In this document: one piece after another, positions 21,069-30,951 of the stretch
Position numbering within the stretch: position 1 is the stretch's first letter
How the letters are laid out: every line of letters starts with the position of its first letter
Source of the DNA: Calothrix sp. C42_A2020_038
GTDB lineage: Bacteria > Cyanobacteriota > Cyanobacteriia > Cyanobacteriales > Nostocaceae
NCBI GenBank assembly: GCA_015272395.1
Contig: JACYLQ010000016.1
Coordinates: 53,385-117,384, forward strand
Direction: 5' to 3'
DNA length: 64,000 bases
The notes under the pieces: generated by a model
What the model was told of the DNA's origin: nothing
The model's database searches: none
Seen by the model: the letters and a program-made list of their open reading frames with translations, nothing else
Made by a program: the position numbers and the translations under genes

Positions 21069-21372
21069 ATATTTCCTCTGTGGTAATACCATTGTCAATG
21101 TTAAATGTGTTACTTATAATCGCAATATCCTTTTCTACGACCCGCGCGCAGGTTGCTATCCATTCTTAAGCTAGCTGACTTAAGTGAATTATCAAGGTTC
21201 CCATCCAAGCTTGTAACTATTGTTCGATTGTAAGTTTGCCACAATAGAAATGTAATTAGTCATAGTCCCTACCCTTAAGATTTTGTGGAACAAGGGAATT
21301 TTTCGGAACTTTATAGTTCTTCGTAGTGTAGTTAATAAATAAGTTTCTGACTTTTTCTGGTAATCTTAACAA

Positions 21373-22047
21373 ATGCTCTATCTCAGAAATCTGACTTACC
21401 ATCCCACAGCTTGCCCAAACCCGATTCTCAAATCTATTAACCTTGACTTAGAATCTCAAAAGCTTGGTTTAATCATCGGCCCTAGCGGTTCTGGTAAAAG
21501 TACAATGCTTGAAATTTTATCAGGATTAGCCGAACCAACATCCGGCAAGATGTTTTGGCGTGAACAAGAACTGATCGCCGAACAGATGCAGCAACTAGCT
21601 GGATTAGTATTTCAATTTCCAGAACGTCACTTTTGTGGTGGAACAGTTTTAGAAGAGTTACGGTTAGGACATCCAGAGATAGGAACAGAAAGAATAAAAG
21701 AAGCACTCAGTGAAGTTGGACTAGAGCATTTGTCTTTATCAACTCAACCACATGCTTTGAGTGGAGGTCAGCAAAGACGTTTAGCGTTAGCAGTACAATT
21801 AATTCGCCAGCCACATATATTACTTTTAGACGAACCGACTGCTGGGTTAGATTGGTCAATGCGGCGCCAGTTAGTAAACCTACTCGCCAAACTGAAACAG
21901 CATTGGACATTACTAGTAGTTACACACGACGCTGGAGATTTATTAGCAATAGCAGACCACTGCTGGAGCATCAACCACGGTGAACTCAAATTTATCGATC
22001 CAGTAACACTCGAAACCAAAGCAAAGCATCCACAACCAACAGCCTAA
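21373..22047 (+). CDS. ABC transporter ATP-binding protein (ECF/cobalt-type)
   Basis: Walker A GPSGSGKST, signature LSGGQQRR and Walker B LLLDEPT. Confidence 0.85.
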   Translation: MLYLRNLTYHPTACPNPILKSINLDLESQKLGLIIGPSGSGKSTMLEILSGLAEPTSGKMFWREQELIAEQMQQLAGLVFQFPERHFCGGTVLEELRLGHPEIGTERIKEALSEVGLEHLSLSTQPHALSGGQQRRLALAVQLIRQPHILLLDEPTAGLDWSMRRQLVNLLAKLKQHWTLLVVTHDAGDLLAIADHCWSINHGELKFIDPVTLETKAKHPQPTA

Positions 22048-22056
22048 ACTGAACTA

Positions 22057-22078
22057 CCCCACGGATAAATCCGGGGGG
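22057..22078 (+). terminator. GC-rich hairpin after the ABC ATPase gene
   Basis: CCCCACGG / CCGGGGGG pair at 7 of 8 positions around the loop ATAAAT. There is no real T-tract. Confidence 0.3.
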
Positions 22079-22265
22079 TTCCAACAAGTGAGCGTAAGTT
22101 TCGTTTACCCTAACTGGTTCCGACTCCTTATGAGCTATTGGATTACGGAAGATCCACTCTATCCCAAAATCATTAGGAGACCTTGAACTGTTTCATAACT
22201 TTACCAGTAGTACAGTGTGGGCGGTAGACTGGCGGATGGATAATATTCTTTAATTAAATTCAGAT

Positions 22266-22997
22266 ATGTCAAAAACTTCCATGCCTTCACTACGTGAGCA
22301 ACAACACCCACTTATTCGCCAACTGGCTGATTGTATCGAAACTGTTTGGCGTTCTTCGCTAGATTTATCGCCCTATAGCTTGCCTGCGGAGTTAGGATAT
22401 GTTGAAGGAAAACTAGAAGGTGAGAAACTGGTAATTGAAAACCGCTGTTATCAAACACCTGAGTTCCGGAAAATACATTTAGAATTAGCGCGCGTGGGAA
22501 ACATGCTTGATATATTGCATTGCGTGATGTTTCCTCGTCCTGAGTATAATTTACCCATGTTTGGCTGTGACTTAGTAGGTGGTAGAGGACAAATAAGTGC
22601 TGCAATTGTAGATTTGTCGCCTGTTTCGCGTGCATTACCAGAAGCATACACTACCGCTTTATCAGCACTTGAACCTCCTAAATTCTCAACCCCGCGCGAG
22701 TTACCAGAATGGGGAGATATTTTCTCTGAGTTTTGCACCTTTGTTCGACCTGCGACACATCAAGAAGAAGAGATATTTATCAACCGTGTTCGAGACTTTT
22801 TGAGCATACATTGTCGGAATGCAGTAAACTCAGAACCTGTTTCACCCAAGCAAGCAACGGAAATTTTAGATGGGCAGCGCAACTACTGTACAAAACAGCA
22901 ACAAAATGATAAAACCCGCCGTGTACTTGAAAAAGCTTTCGGCACTGACTGGGCTGACCATTATATGACAACAGTTCTGTTTGACTTGCCGAATTAA
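22266..22997 (+). CDS. pcyA: phycocyanobilin:ferredoxin oxidoreductase
   Basis: 243 aa. [18 protein letters not shown] and [21 protein letters not shown] are characteristic of PcyA. Confidence 0.92.
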   Translation: MSKTSMPSLREQQHPLIRQLADCIETVWRSSLDLSPYSLPAELGYVEGKLEGEKLVIENRCYQTPEFRKIHLELARVGNMLDILHCVMFPRPEYNLPMFGCDLVGGRGQISAAIVDLSPVSRALPEAYTTALSALEPPKFSTPRELPEWGDIFSEFCTFVRPATHQEEEIFINRVRDFLSIHCRNAVNSEPVSPKQATEILDGQRNYCTKQQQNDKTRRVLEKAFGTDWADHYMTTVLFDLPN

Positions 22998-23052
22998 GAG
23001 ACAACATAAAATAAGAGAACGTTTATCTTAAATCATTAGACCAGTGCTGCAC

Positions 23053-23087
23053 AAACCCGGTTTCTAAACAGAAGAAACTGGGTTTTT
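23053..23087 (+). terminator. rho-independent terminator of pcyA
   Basis: AAACCCGGTTTCT (23053-23065) pairs with AGAAACTGGGTTT (23073-23085) with one G-U, followed by a T-run. Confidence 0.6.
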
Positions 23088-23897
23088 GTGTTGACGTGTT
23101 GATTTTTGTTCTAATTTTTGTGATGTTTGTAACAATTTTAATGTATTAAATTTAATTGAGTAACTTCTCAATATAAACAGCAAAATATTTAACAATCAAA
23201 TCCAGTATTTATCTAATCTTTAAAGAAAACAAATAAAATAAACAAAATCTTGACAATAGATATATAATGACAGAAAGCAGTTCGCTTCATTAATGCAACT
23301 GATATATACAGTAATTAACATCTACCGTTGAAATTGTTTAATAGTGATACCAAAATAATTTCAGATTTACTGTTGCAAATCAACACAGTGAATTACATTA
23401 TTTATGCTGAAAAAATTGTAATTAATGTAATTGCCTTTCTATCTAGCCTGTAGGAGAAATAAGGTTACAAGTCTTATGATGATGTTGTTTTTTGTAGGGT
23501 CATGCACTATATAGCAGTCCTAGATGAGTTGTGAAAAATTATATCCCGTAGAGACGCTTTGGTTTTACGCGGCTCTAAAGCCTGCCTATTTTACAAATGA
23601 TGTGCGGATTGCTATATGTCATATATTATTTGAAATAAATGAAAAAAAAATTAATGTTTTGATTTCAAAAAATGCATTTTGCTAATAAGGTTAGCAATGA
23701 GCATATTCTCTATCTAAATATGATTATAATTAAAAGCAAATGATTATTATATCGGTTAACATTACTATGTTGTTTTATATTTCTAAATTGAGATTTCTGA
23801 CAAATTTAATAAGTCAGTAATCTGATTTAACAAAATTATAAATATCTTCTAAATAACCTCATAAAGCCCACTAATAATTAATAACTAACAACTAACC

Positions 23898-25316
23898 ATG
23901 TCAAGGTGGACAGAAGAGTCAGGGACTGAACAACCTAGAGAACGACGGGAGTATACATGGGGTCTTGCTGTGATTGTGCCTTTACTACTTACAGCAGGAG
24001 TATTAACAATTGCAAAATGGCAGCAAATTCAAAACCTTAGTAATCCCGCACCAGTAAGTAGACCAGTAGCCAACAGCATTAATGCTTTAGGTCGTTTGGA
24101 ACCGCGCGGTCAAGTGATTCGAGTATCTGCTCCTACGTCTGGAATCCAAACTTCAACAAGGGTTGAGCAGCTTTTAGTCAAAGAAGGACAAAGAGTCAAA
24201 AAAGACCAAGTAATTGCTGTTTTGGACAACTTTAAAACAAACCAAGCTGCATTGGAAGCAGCAAGAGCAAAGTTACTCGAGACTCGTGCCAATTTGGGAA
24301 GCGTAAAATCGAGTTCACCTAAAGAACTGCAAGCGCAAAGCGCGGTAATTGCTCGACTTGAAGCACAGTTACGAGGAGAACGCGATGCTCAACAAGCTGC
24401 TATAAATCGTTTAGAAGCGCAATTGCGGGGAGAACGTGTAGCTCAACAAGCAACTATAGATAGACTTTCAGCAGAACTGCGTGGACAAACTGATAGTTTA
24501 ACTGCGACTGTTGCTCGTATCCAAGCTGAACAACGTAATGCTCAAGTTGATTTTGAACGATACGAAAGCCTATTCCGCGAAGGCGCCATATCTGCCCAAG
24601 AGCGTGACAGAAGAAGATTAAGCGCGCAAACAACTTCTTCACAAGTTACTGAAAGTCAAGCACAACGGCGCCAAGCAATTGCGACTTTACAACAACAGCT
24701 TGCAGAAGCACGGGCGAATCAGATCAAAACAATTGCAACTTTACAGCAACAGATTACCGAAGCTAGGGTAAATCGTGATAAAACAATTGCGACTCTAGAA
24801 AAACAAATCGAAGAAGAGCAGTCTAGATTTAACCGAATTCGCGATACAAGTCCGAGCAACGTTCAAATTGCTCAAGCACAAGTCAGTAGTGCAATTGCAA
24901 ATCAGCGTAAAGCTGAAACAGAACTCAGTCAAAGCTACGTCAAGGCGCCAATTTCAGGAGAGATTCTCAAAATTCACGCCAAACCAGGAGAAGCAATGAC
25001 TACAAATGGAGTCGCAGAAATTGGTCGTACTGATGAAATGTTAGTTGTTGCTGAAGTACCAGAAGATAGTATTGGTAGAGTTCGACTTGGACAAAAAGCA
25101 ACTATTAGCAGCGATAACGGCGCATTCAACGGACAACTACAAGGAACTGTCACTGAAATTGGTCGAAAAGTTGGAAAAAGAGACGTTCTCAACACCGACC
25201 CAGCAGCAGATGTTGATGCTAGAGTTGTCGAAGTCAAAATTGCCTTACCCCGTGAAGATAGCGAACGAGTATCAGGTTTAACATTTGCAAAAGTTCTTGT
25301 TGAAATTGGAATTTAA
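23898..25316 (+). CDS. devB: DevB-family membrane fusion protein of a DevBCA-type ABC exporter
   Basis: HlyD-like: N-terminal TM, long coiled coil and C-terminal beta-barrel. It is followed by devC- and devA-like genes. The paralogue identity is uncertain. Confidence 0.8.
   Translation: MSRWTEESGTEQPRERREYTWGLAVIVPLLLTAGVLTIAKWQQIQNLSNPAPVSRPVANSINALGRLEPRGQVIRVSAPTSGIQTSTRVEQLLVKEGQRVKKDQVIAVLDNFKTNQAALEAARAKLLETRANLGSVKSSSPKELQAQSAVIARLEAQLRGERDAQQAAINRLEAQLRGERVAQQATIDRLSAELRGQTDSLTATVARIQAEQRNAQVDFERYESLFREGAISAQERDRRRLSAQTTSSQVTESQAQRRQAIATLQQQLAEARANQIKTIATLQQQITEARVNRDKTIATLEKQIEEEQSRFNRIRDTSPSNVQIAQAQVSSAIANQRKAETELSQSYVKAPISGEILKIHAKPGEAMTTNGVAEIGRTDEMLVVAEVPEDSIGRVRLGQKATISSDNGAFNGQLQGTVTEIGRKVGKRDVLNTDPAADVDARVVEVKIALPREDSERVSGLTFAKVLVEIGI
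24354..24497 (+). repeat. in-frame 54-bp (18-aa) tandem repeat, ~2.7 units (RLEAQLRGERxAQQAxIx)
   Basis: Units start at 24354, 24408 and 24462 within the devB coiled coil. Confidence 0.8.
24678..24821 (+). repeat. second in-frame 54-bp (18-aa) tandem repeat, ~2.7 units (IATLQQQxxEARxNxxKT)
   Basis: Units start at 24678, 24732 and 24786 within the devB coiled coil. Confidence 0.8.
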
Positions 25317-25418
25317 AAAACTAGAAATTAGGAGACGCGGAGTTAAAAGTTAGAAGTTTAAACTCAGCAAATTCACGCCACTCATCACTCATAACTCAAA
25401 ACTCATCACTCAAATTAA

Positions 25419-26573
25419 ATGTTGCGTAAAATTCCTTTAGCTTGGTTACAACTAACTCGTGAACGAACTCGTCTTTTGGTAGCACTAGCGGGAATCGCGT
25501 TTGCTGATATATTAATATTTATGCAACTTGGTTTTCAAGACTCATTGTATTATAGCAATGTTCGTTTTCATGCCAGTTTAGATGGTGATATTGTCTTAAT
25601 TAGTAATCAATCGAGTTCTTTAATCTCGATGAAAAACTTCTCACAACGTCGTTTATTTCAAGCTTTAGATTTTCAAGAAGTTGAATCGGTTCATCCGATT
25701 TATTTAGATTTTACGAGTTTCAAAAATCCGATCACTGGTTTTCCCCGCAATATTTTTGTGATGGGGGCTAATCCTCAATTTAATATATTTAATATTCCGG
25801 GAGTGTCAGAAAATCTGGGGAAACTGACTTTACCAGATGTAGTTTTGTATGACCGCGCGTCTCGCTCTGAATTTGGCCCTATTGCTCAAGAGTTTGATGC
25901 TGGAAAAACGGTGACAGCAGAAATAAGACTTAGACGAGTTCGAGTGGTTGGACTATTTACTTTAGGAGCTTCTTTTGGTGCAGATGGAAATATTATTACT
26001 AGCGATATCAATTTTTTAAGAATTTTTAATAATCATCAACAAGGATTAATTGAAGTTGGGTTAATTCGATTAAAACCAGGAACTGATGCCAATGTTATTA
26101 CTCAAAAATTGAGAAAATATTTAACTCAAGATGTCAATGTGATGACAAAGCAACAGTATATAGACTTTGAGCGTAATTATTGGGCAAGTAATACAGCTAT
26201 TGGCTTTATCTTTACCCTTGGTGCCATCATGGGTTTTATAGTCGGAATTGTGATTGTTTATCAAATACTTTATACCGAAGTTAATGACCATTTATCTGAG
26301 TACGCTACGCTCAAAGCAATTGGTTATACTCATAAATATTTACTCAACGTAATTTTACAAGAGTCACTTATATTAGCTGTTTTAGGATATTTTCCAGGAA
26401 TTGGAATATCACTATTTTTATACCAAAAAGCGCGCGAGGCTACCTTATTACCTGTGTTTATGACTGTTGACCGTGCAATTATAGTATTAGTTTTAACAAT
26501 TATTATGTGTTATCTTTCAGGTGTAATTGCAGTTAAAAAACTTAATGCTGCTGATCCAGCCGACATATTTTAG
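25419..26573 (+). CDS. devC: DevC-family ABC exporter permease (FtsX-like)
   Basis: N-terminal TM, large periplasmic domain and a C-terminal FtsX-type 3-TM bundle. It lies between devB and devA. Confidence 0.8.
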   Translation: MLRKIPLAWLQLTRERTRLLVALAGIAFADILIFMQLGFQDSLYYSNVRFHASLDGDIVLISNQSSSLISMKNFSQRRLFQALDFQEVESVHPIYLDFTSFKNPITGFPRNIFVMGANPQFNIFNIPGVSENLGKLTLPDVVLYDRASRSEFGPIAQEFDAGKTVTAEIRLRRVRVVGLFTLGASFGADGNIITSDINFLRIFNNHQQGLIEVGLIRLKPGTDANVITQKLRKYLTQDVNVMTKQQYIDFERNYWASNTAIGFIFTLGAIMGFIVGIVIVYQILYTEVNDHLSEYATLKAIGYTHKYLLNVILQESLILAVLGYFPGIGISLFLYQKAREATLLPVFMTVDRAIIVLVLTIIMCYLSGVIAVKKLNAADPADIF

Positions 26574-26668
26574 TTGAGATTGTCGCAAGTAATGCAAAAC
26601 TAATACAAATAAAGAGTCAAAATCTTAGTATTGACTATCCGCTTCAATTGTCACTGTCACATATCATC

Positions 26669-27406
26669 ATGACTAGAAAAGAGCCAGTCATTTCAATAAA
26701 ACATCTTAACCATTATTACGGTAAAGGCGCCTTAAAAAGACAAATATTATTCGATATTAGTTTAGATATTTATCCTGGGGAAATCGTCATCATGACCGGG
26801 CCTTCTGGTTCTGGCAAAACAACTTTACTCAGTTTGATTGGTGGACTGCGCTCGGTTCAAGAAGGCAGTTTACAATTATTAAGTCAAGAATTATACCGAG
26901 CTAGTCAGAAAAAACTCGTTAATATTCGGCGTAACATTGGTTTTATTTTCCAAGCGCATAACTTACTGGGGTTTTTGACAGCTCGGCAAAACGTGCAAAT
27001 GGCTGTAGAACTAAATGATAATATTTCTCAGCTTGAAGCAATACGAATGTCAGAAGCAATGTTGAAAGCTGTTGGTTTAGGGCCAAGAATAAATTACTAC
27101 CCAGATAATCTATCTGGGGGACAAAAACAACGAATTGCCATAGCACGTGCTTTGGTTAATAACCCAGCGTTGGTATTAGCAGATGAACCAACAGCAGCAT
27201 TAGACAGACAGTCAGGACGTGACGTTGTGGAGCTAATGCAGCGACTAGCCAGAGAAAAAGGAACCTCGATTATGTTAGTAACGCACGATAACCGAATCTT
27301 GGACATTGCTGACCGAATTATAAATATGGAAGACGGAGTATTAGCGGGTGATTCTAAAAATATAATTTTAAGTTACGAATCAGAACTAACAACTCATAAC
27401 CCATAA
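26669..27406 (+). CDS. devA: DevA-family ABC exporter ATP-binding protein
   Basis: Walker A GPSGSGKTT, signature LSGGQKQR and Walker B LVLADEPT. ATG at 26669 is preferred to the track's TTG at 26648. Confidence 0.85.
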   Translation: MTRKEPVISIKHLNHYYGKGALKRQILFDISLDIYPGEIVIMTGPSGSGKTTLLSLIGGLRSVQEGSLQLLSQELYRASQKKLVNIRRNIGFIFQAHNLLGFLTARQNVQMAVELNDNISQLEAIRMSEAMLKAVGLGPRINYYPDNLSGGQKQRIAIARALVNNPALVLADEPTAALDRQSGRDVVELMQRLAREKGTSIMLVTHDNRILDIADRIINMEDGVLAGDSKNIILSYESELTTHNP

Positions 27407-27480
27407 GGGTTTTGGGGTTTAAAATTTTGCCTTTAAAACTTAGTACTCGATTGGTAGATGCACGATCTTGCTACAATTGC

Positions 27481-28332
27481 TCACCTTGCCTTATGTTTTG
27501 CTTGTTTAGGTAAATGTACTCCTTTTGTAATGTCTTGTGTAGTACTTGGTGTAGCATTGGGTTGGCGATTAGTACGAAAAGTCACATTCACACCTTCGTT
27601 CGATTGTTCAAGAACTAACAAAGGTGTAGGTTTAGCTTTTTGATCCCATTGCATAAAGGCTATTCGACCTTGAATAGTGGGTTGCCAAGTATCGTGGTCT
27701 TCTACAGGACTTAAATAAGTTTCTATACAGTCAATAATTTGGCTAATGGTAGCGGAGGTTGCCTGTGTAGGTAACTTCATTAATTTAATTTGGATGCGGA
27801 ATAAGACTCGTTTGATAATATTGGGAGCGGCGCCTGTCTCATACTCTACATCAAAAATTTCATCGACCTGGCGCCCGTTATTATTGGCAATACCAACAAC
27901 TCCAGTATTAACTTGATTCGGACGTAATGCTTGTGTAATCTTATCTTTAACCTTAATTTTAACTTGATTAACAATAGCAAAATGGAATACCTCTTCAGAC
28001 ATTCGCATACGCAAATAGTCGAGGTTAAACTCGCGCGAGTTAATTAAATCAGGATTAGTTTCCATTTTACGAATAGTTTCGAGAGCTAGCTTTAACTTTT
28101 TCTCAAGCTCGCTAATCCGAAACTTTTCAAACCTGATTTTTTTCTGTAGTTTATCGCTTTGCAACTTGGTGTATACAGCCAAGGCAACTAATAATACCAA
28201 CAGTCCAGCAGATGTTGCCAGCCAAATTGATAATGGTTGTGAATCTCCACCAACAGCTTGGTTGACTTGATTTGTCTGAGTTATCTTTTTGGGCTTTGAC
28301 CCGATTTGAGCAATGTAAACTGATGTTGGCAT
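27481..28332 (-). CDS. membrane-anchored coiled-coil protein, function unknown
   Basis: ATG at 28332 (MPTSVYIAQ...) avoids overlap with the divergent HAD gene. It has one TM (LSIWLATSAGLLVLLVALAVY), then a Lys-rich coiled coil and a globular C-terminal domain. Confidence 0.5.
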   Translation of the reverse strand: MPTSVYIAQIGSKPKKITQTNQVNQAVGGDSQPLSIWLATSAGLLVLLVALAVYTKLQSDKLQKKIRFEKFRISELEKKLKLALETIRKMETNPDLINSREFNLDYLRMRMSEEVFHFAIVNQVKIKVKDKITQALRPNQVNTGVVGIANNNGRQVDEIFDVEYETGAAPNIIKRVLFRIQIKLMKLPTQATSATISQIIDCIETYLSPVEDHDTWQPTIQGRIAFMQWDQKAKPTPLLVLEQSNEGVNVTFRTNRQPNATPSTTQDITKGVHLPKQAKHKAR

Positions 28333-28433
28333 AACTGATACGCATAAACTTGACCTCTGTTTTTTAGAGTGCCCAAATTCAGAGTGCGATTTTTCCGTAT
28401 AATTAATGAATATTTGATTAAATTTTGGAACTA

Positions 28434-29186
28434 ATGCCCAATTCCTTAAATTTGAGTTGCATCCGTATGATTGCGACAGATATGGATGGAACTTTAACAC
28501 AAAAGAATAAATTTACAAGCTTACTTTTTCAAGCATTTGAAAATTTAAAAGCAGCAGGTGTCAAAGTATTAATAGTTACAGGACGTAGTGCAGGTTGGGT
28601 AAATGGATTGGCACATTATCTCCCAATAGTAGGAGCGATTGCTGAGAATGGTGGATTGTTCTATCCATCCGACAGTGAGAGTCCATTATTTTTAACACCT
28701 ATTCCCAACATAACTACTCATCGTCAGCAGCTAGCAGTGGTTTTTGATCAACTAAAGCAACAATTCCCTAAAATTCAAGAATCCGTTGATAACAATTTTC
28801 GGATTACTGATTGGACATTTGACGTTGCAGGATTAAGTGTAGATGAAATCAAAATGCTAGCTAGTCAAAGTCTTGAAATGGGTTGGGGATTTACCTACAG
28901 CAATGTACAGTGCCATATAAAACCCCTAGGGCAAGATAAGGCTGTTGGACTACACCATGTTTTGCAAGAATATTTTCCAGACTTAACACCTAAACAAGTA
29001 GTAACAGTTGGTGATAGTCCCAATGATGAAAGTTTATTTAACACCCGCGATTTTGGCTTTTCTGTGGGAGTCGCAAATATTTCACATTATCTTGATTCAT
29101 TACAACATAAACCAACTTTTATAACGCACGCTGCCGAAGGTGAAGGATTTTGTGAACTCGCAAGAATGATATTACAGCAAATATAA
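28434..29186 (+). CDS. HAD-IIB family hydrolase (sugar-phosphatase-like)
   Basis: Contains the DxDxT motif IATDMDGTLT and GDSPNDESLF. Confidence 0.8.
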   Translation: MPNSLNLSCIRMIATDMDGTLTQKNKFTSLLFQAFENLKAAGVKVLIVTGRSAGWVNGLAHYLPIVGAIAENGGLFYPSDSESPLFLTPIPNITTHRQQLAVVFDQLKQQFPKIQESVDNNFRITDWTFDVAGLSVDEIKMLASQSLEMGWGFTYSNVQCHIKPLGQDKAVGLHHVLQEYFPDLTPKQVVTVGDSPNDESLFNTRDFGFSVGVANISHYLDSLQHKPTFITHAAEGEGFCELARMILQQI

Positions 29187-29194
29187 CGGACAAT

Positions 29195-30526
29195 TTATTC
29201 CTTGTCCTTAGTTTCTTTATCATCCTTCTTGTCTACTTTCGGTACAACTAGGACTTTATCAACACGATTTCCATCCATGTCCATTACTTCAAAACGCATG
29301 TTTTGCCATTCAAAGTGGTCAGCAGCACTAGGTATGCGTCCCAGATGAGTAATAACAAAACCTCCTAATGTTTGGTAGCTACCTCGGTCTTGCGAACGTA
29401 ATTCCTCAATGTCAAACAATTCCATAAACTCATCAACAGCTAACATGCCATCTAATAACCATGAACCATCTTCACGCTGGATAATTTGAGGATCCTCCTC
29501 TCCATCTACAGAGGGAACATCGCCAACAATTTCAATTAAAATATCATTGAGGGTCACTAGTCCTTGAATTACACCATATTCGTCAACGACTAATGCCATG
29601 TGCATCACCGTTTGTTTGAACATTTCTAAGACTTTCAAACCACGAGTGCTTTCTGGCACAAACACTGGCTGACGTAAACCAACAGTTAAATCCATTGCTT
29701 GACCAGTAAAGCTTCTGGCTAAAAGGTCTGTAACAGGGAGAACACCAAGAACATTATCCAACCCACCTTGACATACAGGGTATCGAGAATAACCACTATC
29801 AATTATTTTCTGACGATTTTCTTCAACAGAGTCTTCTAAATCCAACCAAACTATATCTGGACGAGGAGTCATTAAAGCGCTAACTGGACGATCTCCTAAA
29901 CGAAACACCCGCTCGACCATATCTTGTTCTGCTTCTTCAAATGTTCCTTCCTCAGTACCTTGTTCAATTAAGACACGAATTTCCTCTTCTGTTACTTGAG
30001 GTTCCCTTGAAGGTTGAATTCCTAACAACCTTAGTACAGAATCGGTAGAGCCACTTAATAAGTAAACTATAGGTGTCGTTATTCGAGACAGCATCTGCAT
30101 CGGAATTGCTGTTATCGAAGCAATTAATTCTGGGTGATTAAGGGCCAGACGCTTTGGCACCAGTTCTCCCAAAACCAGGGTTATGTATGTAATAATGACT
30201 ATTCCTAATACTTTTGCAAACTCTTGCTTGTACGCTGGCGACAATACAATTGGATTTAAGAAAGGTAAGATTCGCTTCGCTATAGCATCTTCAGCATAGG
30301 CACCTGTCAGAATAGTCAATAAGGTGATACCAATCTGAACTGTTCCAAGAAACTGGTTTGGAGAGGAAGCAAGGTTCAGGGCAACGCGCGCTTTTGTATC
30401 ACCTCGTTCAGCAAGCTGCTGCAAGCGAACTTTACGTGCAGAAACTATCGCCAATTCTGACATGACAAATATACCGTTGGCGAGGACTAATAAAAAAATT
30501 ATTAAGATTTCAGATGTTGGGGACAT
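29195..30526 (-). CDS. CNNM/TlyC-family membrane protein (DUF21 - CBS pair - CorC_HlyC)
   Basis: N-terminal TM domain, CBS region and a C-terminal transporter-associated domain. The tail is Lys/Asp-rich. Confidence 0.85.
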   Translation of the reverse strand: MSPTSEILIIFLLVLANGIFVMSELAIVSARKVRLQQLAERGDTKARVALNLASSPNQFLGTVQIGITLLTILTGAYAEDAIAKRILPFLNPIVLSPAYKQEFAKVLGIVIITYITLVLGELVPKRLALNHPELIASITAIPMQMLSRITTPIVYLLSGSTDSVLRLLGIQPSREPQVTEEEIRVLIEQGTEEGTFEEAEQDMVERVFRLGDRPVSALMTPRPDIVWLDLEDSVEENRQKIIDSGYSRYPVCQGGLDNVLGVLPVTDLLARSFTGQAMDLTVGLRQPVFVPESTRGLKVLEMFKQTVMHMALVVDEYGVIQGLVTLNDILIEIVGDVPSVDGEEDPQIIQREDGSWLLDGMLAVDEFMELFDIEELRSQDRGSYQTLGGFVITHLGRIPSAADHFEWQNMRFEVMDMDGNRVDKVLVVPKVDKKDDKETKDKE

Positions 30527-30698
30527 TATTACAATTGCCGAAGATAGCGGCAGACTCTGCTTTAGTTTAAATTTTTAGTATCTAGTAATTTAAGATTATG
30601 CTACATAAGACCAACAGTGTAGAAAAACTAGTCTTCGTCATCACAAAATAACATCGTTGTAATCAGTCGTAATTTTACAAGCAATTGGTTATAAAAGT

Positions 30699-30872
30699 TT
30701 TGTAGGGTGTGTAGCGCTCCAGTATCTTGCGTGACGCACGTGTGTAAAAGTGATAACATCTCACGCGGTACCTGAAATTCCCAAATATCTTCCAATGCAG
30801 TGTAAAGTGCGCGACACCCTGATCATCTTGATACGTTGCTTGCCGTCTAATTACGTCACGCGCCCTACAAAG
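30699..30872. repeat. MITE-like element candidate with imperfect terminal inverted repeats
   Basis: The left end TTTGTAGGGTGTGTAGCG matches the reverse complement of the right end, TTTGTAGGGCGCGTGACG, at 14 of 18 positions. It is about 170 bp, non-coding, and sits in the tlyC/mfd divergent spacer. Confidence 0.35.
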
Positions 30873-30951
30873 AAATCTAAAATAGTTGAAGGCAGGCACT
30901 GTATTATTGCTTGTGCCTTAAAATGATTTGCACGCCTTTGTTTAAAACAAT

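Noticed and set aside
22048-22265. 218-bp spacer before pcyA inspected for an ncRNA or riboswitch
   Set aside because: Apart from one GC-rich hairpin (22057-22078) I recognise no conserved ncRNA signature (tmRNA, 6S, SRP, RNase P or riboswitch cores). This needs a covariance-model scan.
23552-23564. 13-mer AGACGCTTTGGTT shared with 51832-51844
   Set aside because: By rough estimate, tens of chance 13-mer coincidences are expected among all position pairs in 64 kb on both strands. There is no extended similarity around it.
23088-23897. Search for an NtcA box (GTA-N8-TAC) upstream of devB
   Set aside because: Only off-spacing or half matches were found: GTA-N9-TAC at ~23310, GTA-N8-CAC at ~23503 and GTA-N8-TAA at ~23817. 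No claim of NtcA control of this devBCA copy is made.
30675-30899. 74-aa ORF in the tlyC/mfd spacer
   Set aside because: It runs through the inverted-repeat-bounded MITE-like segment, is Arg/Cys/Tyr/Phe-rich, and has no RBS. I treat it as repeat-derived, not coding.
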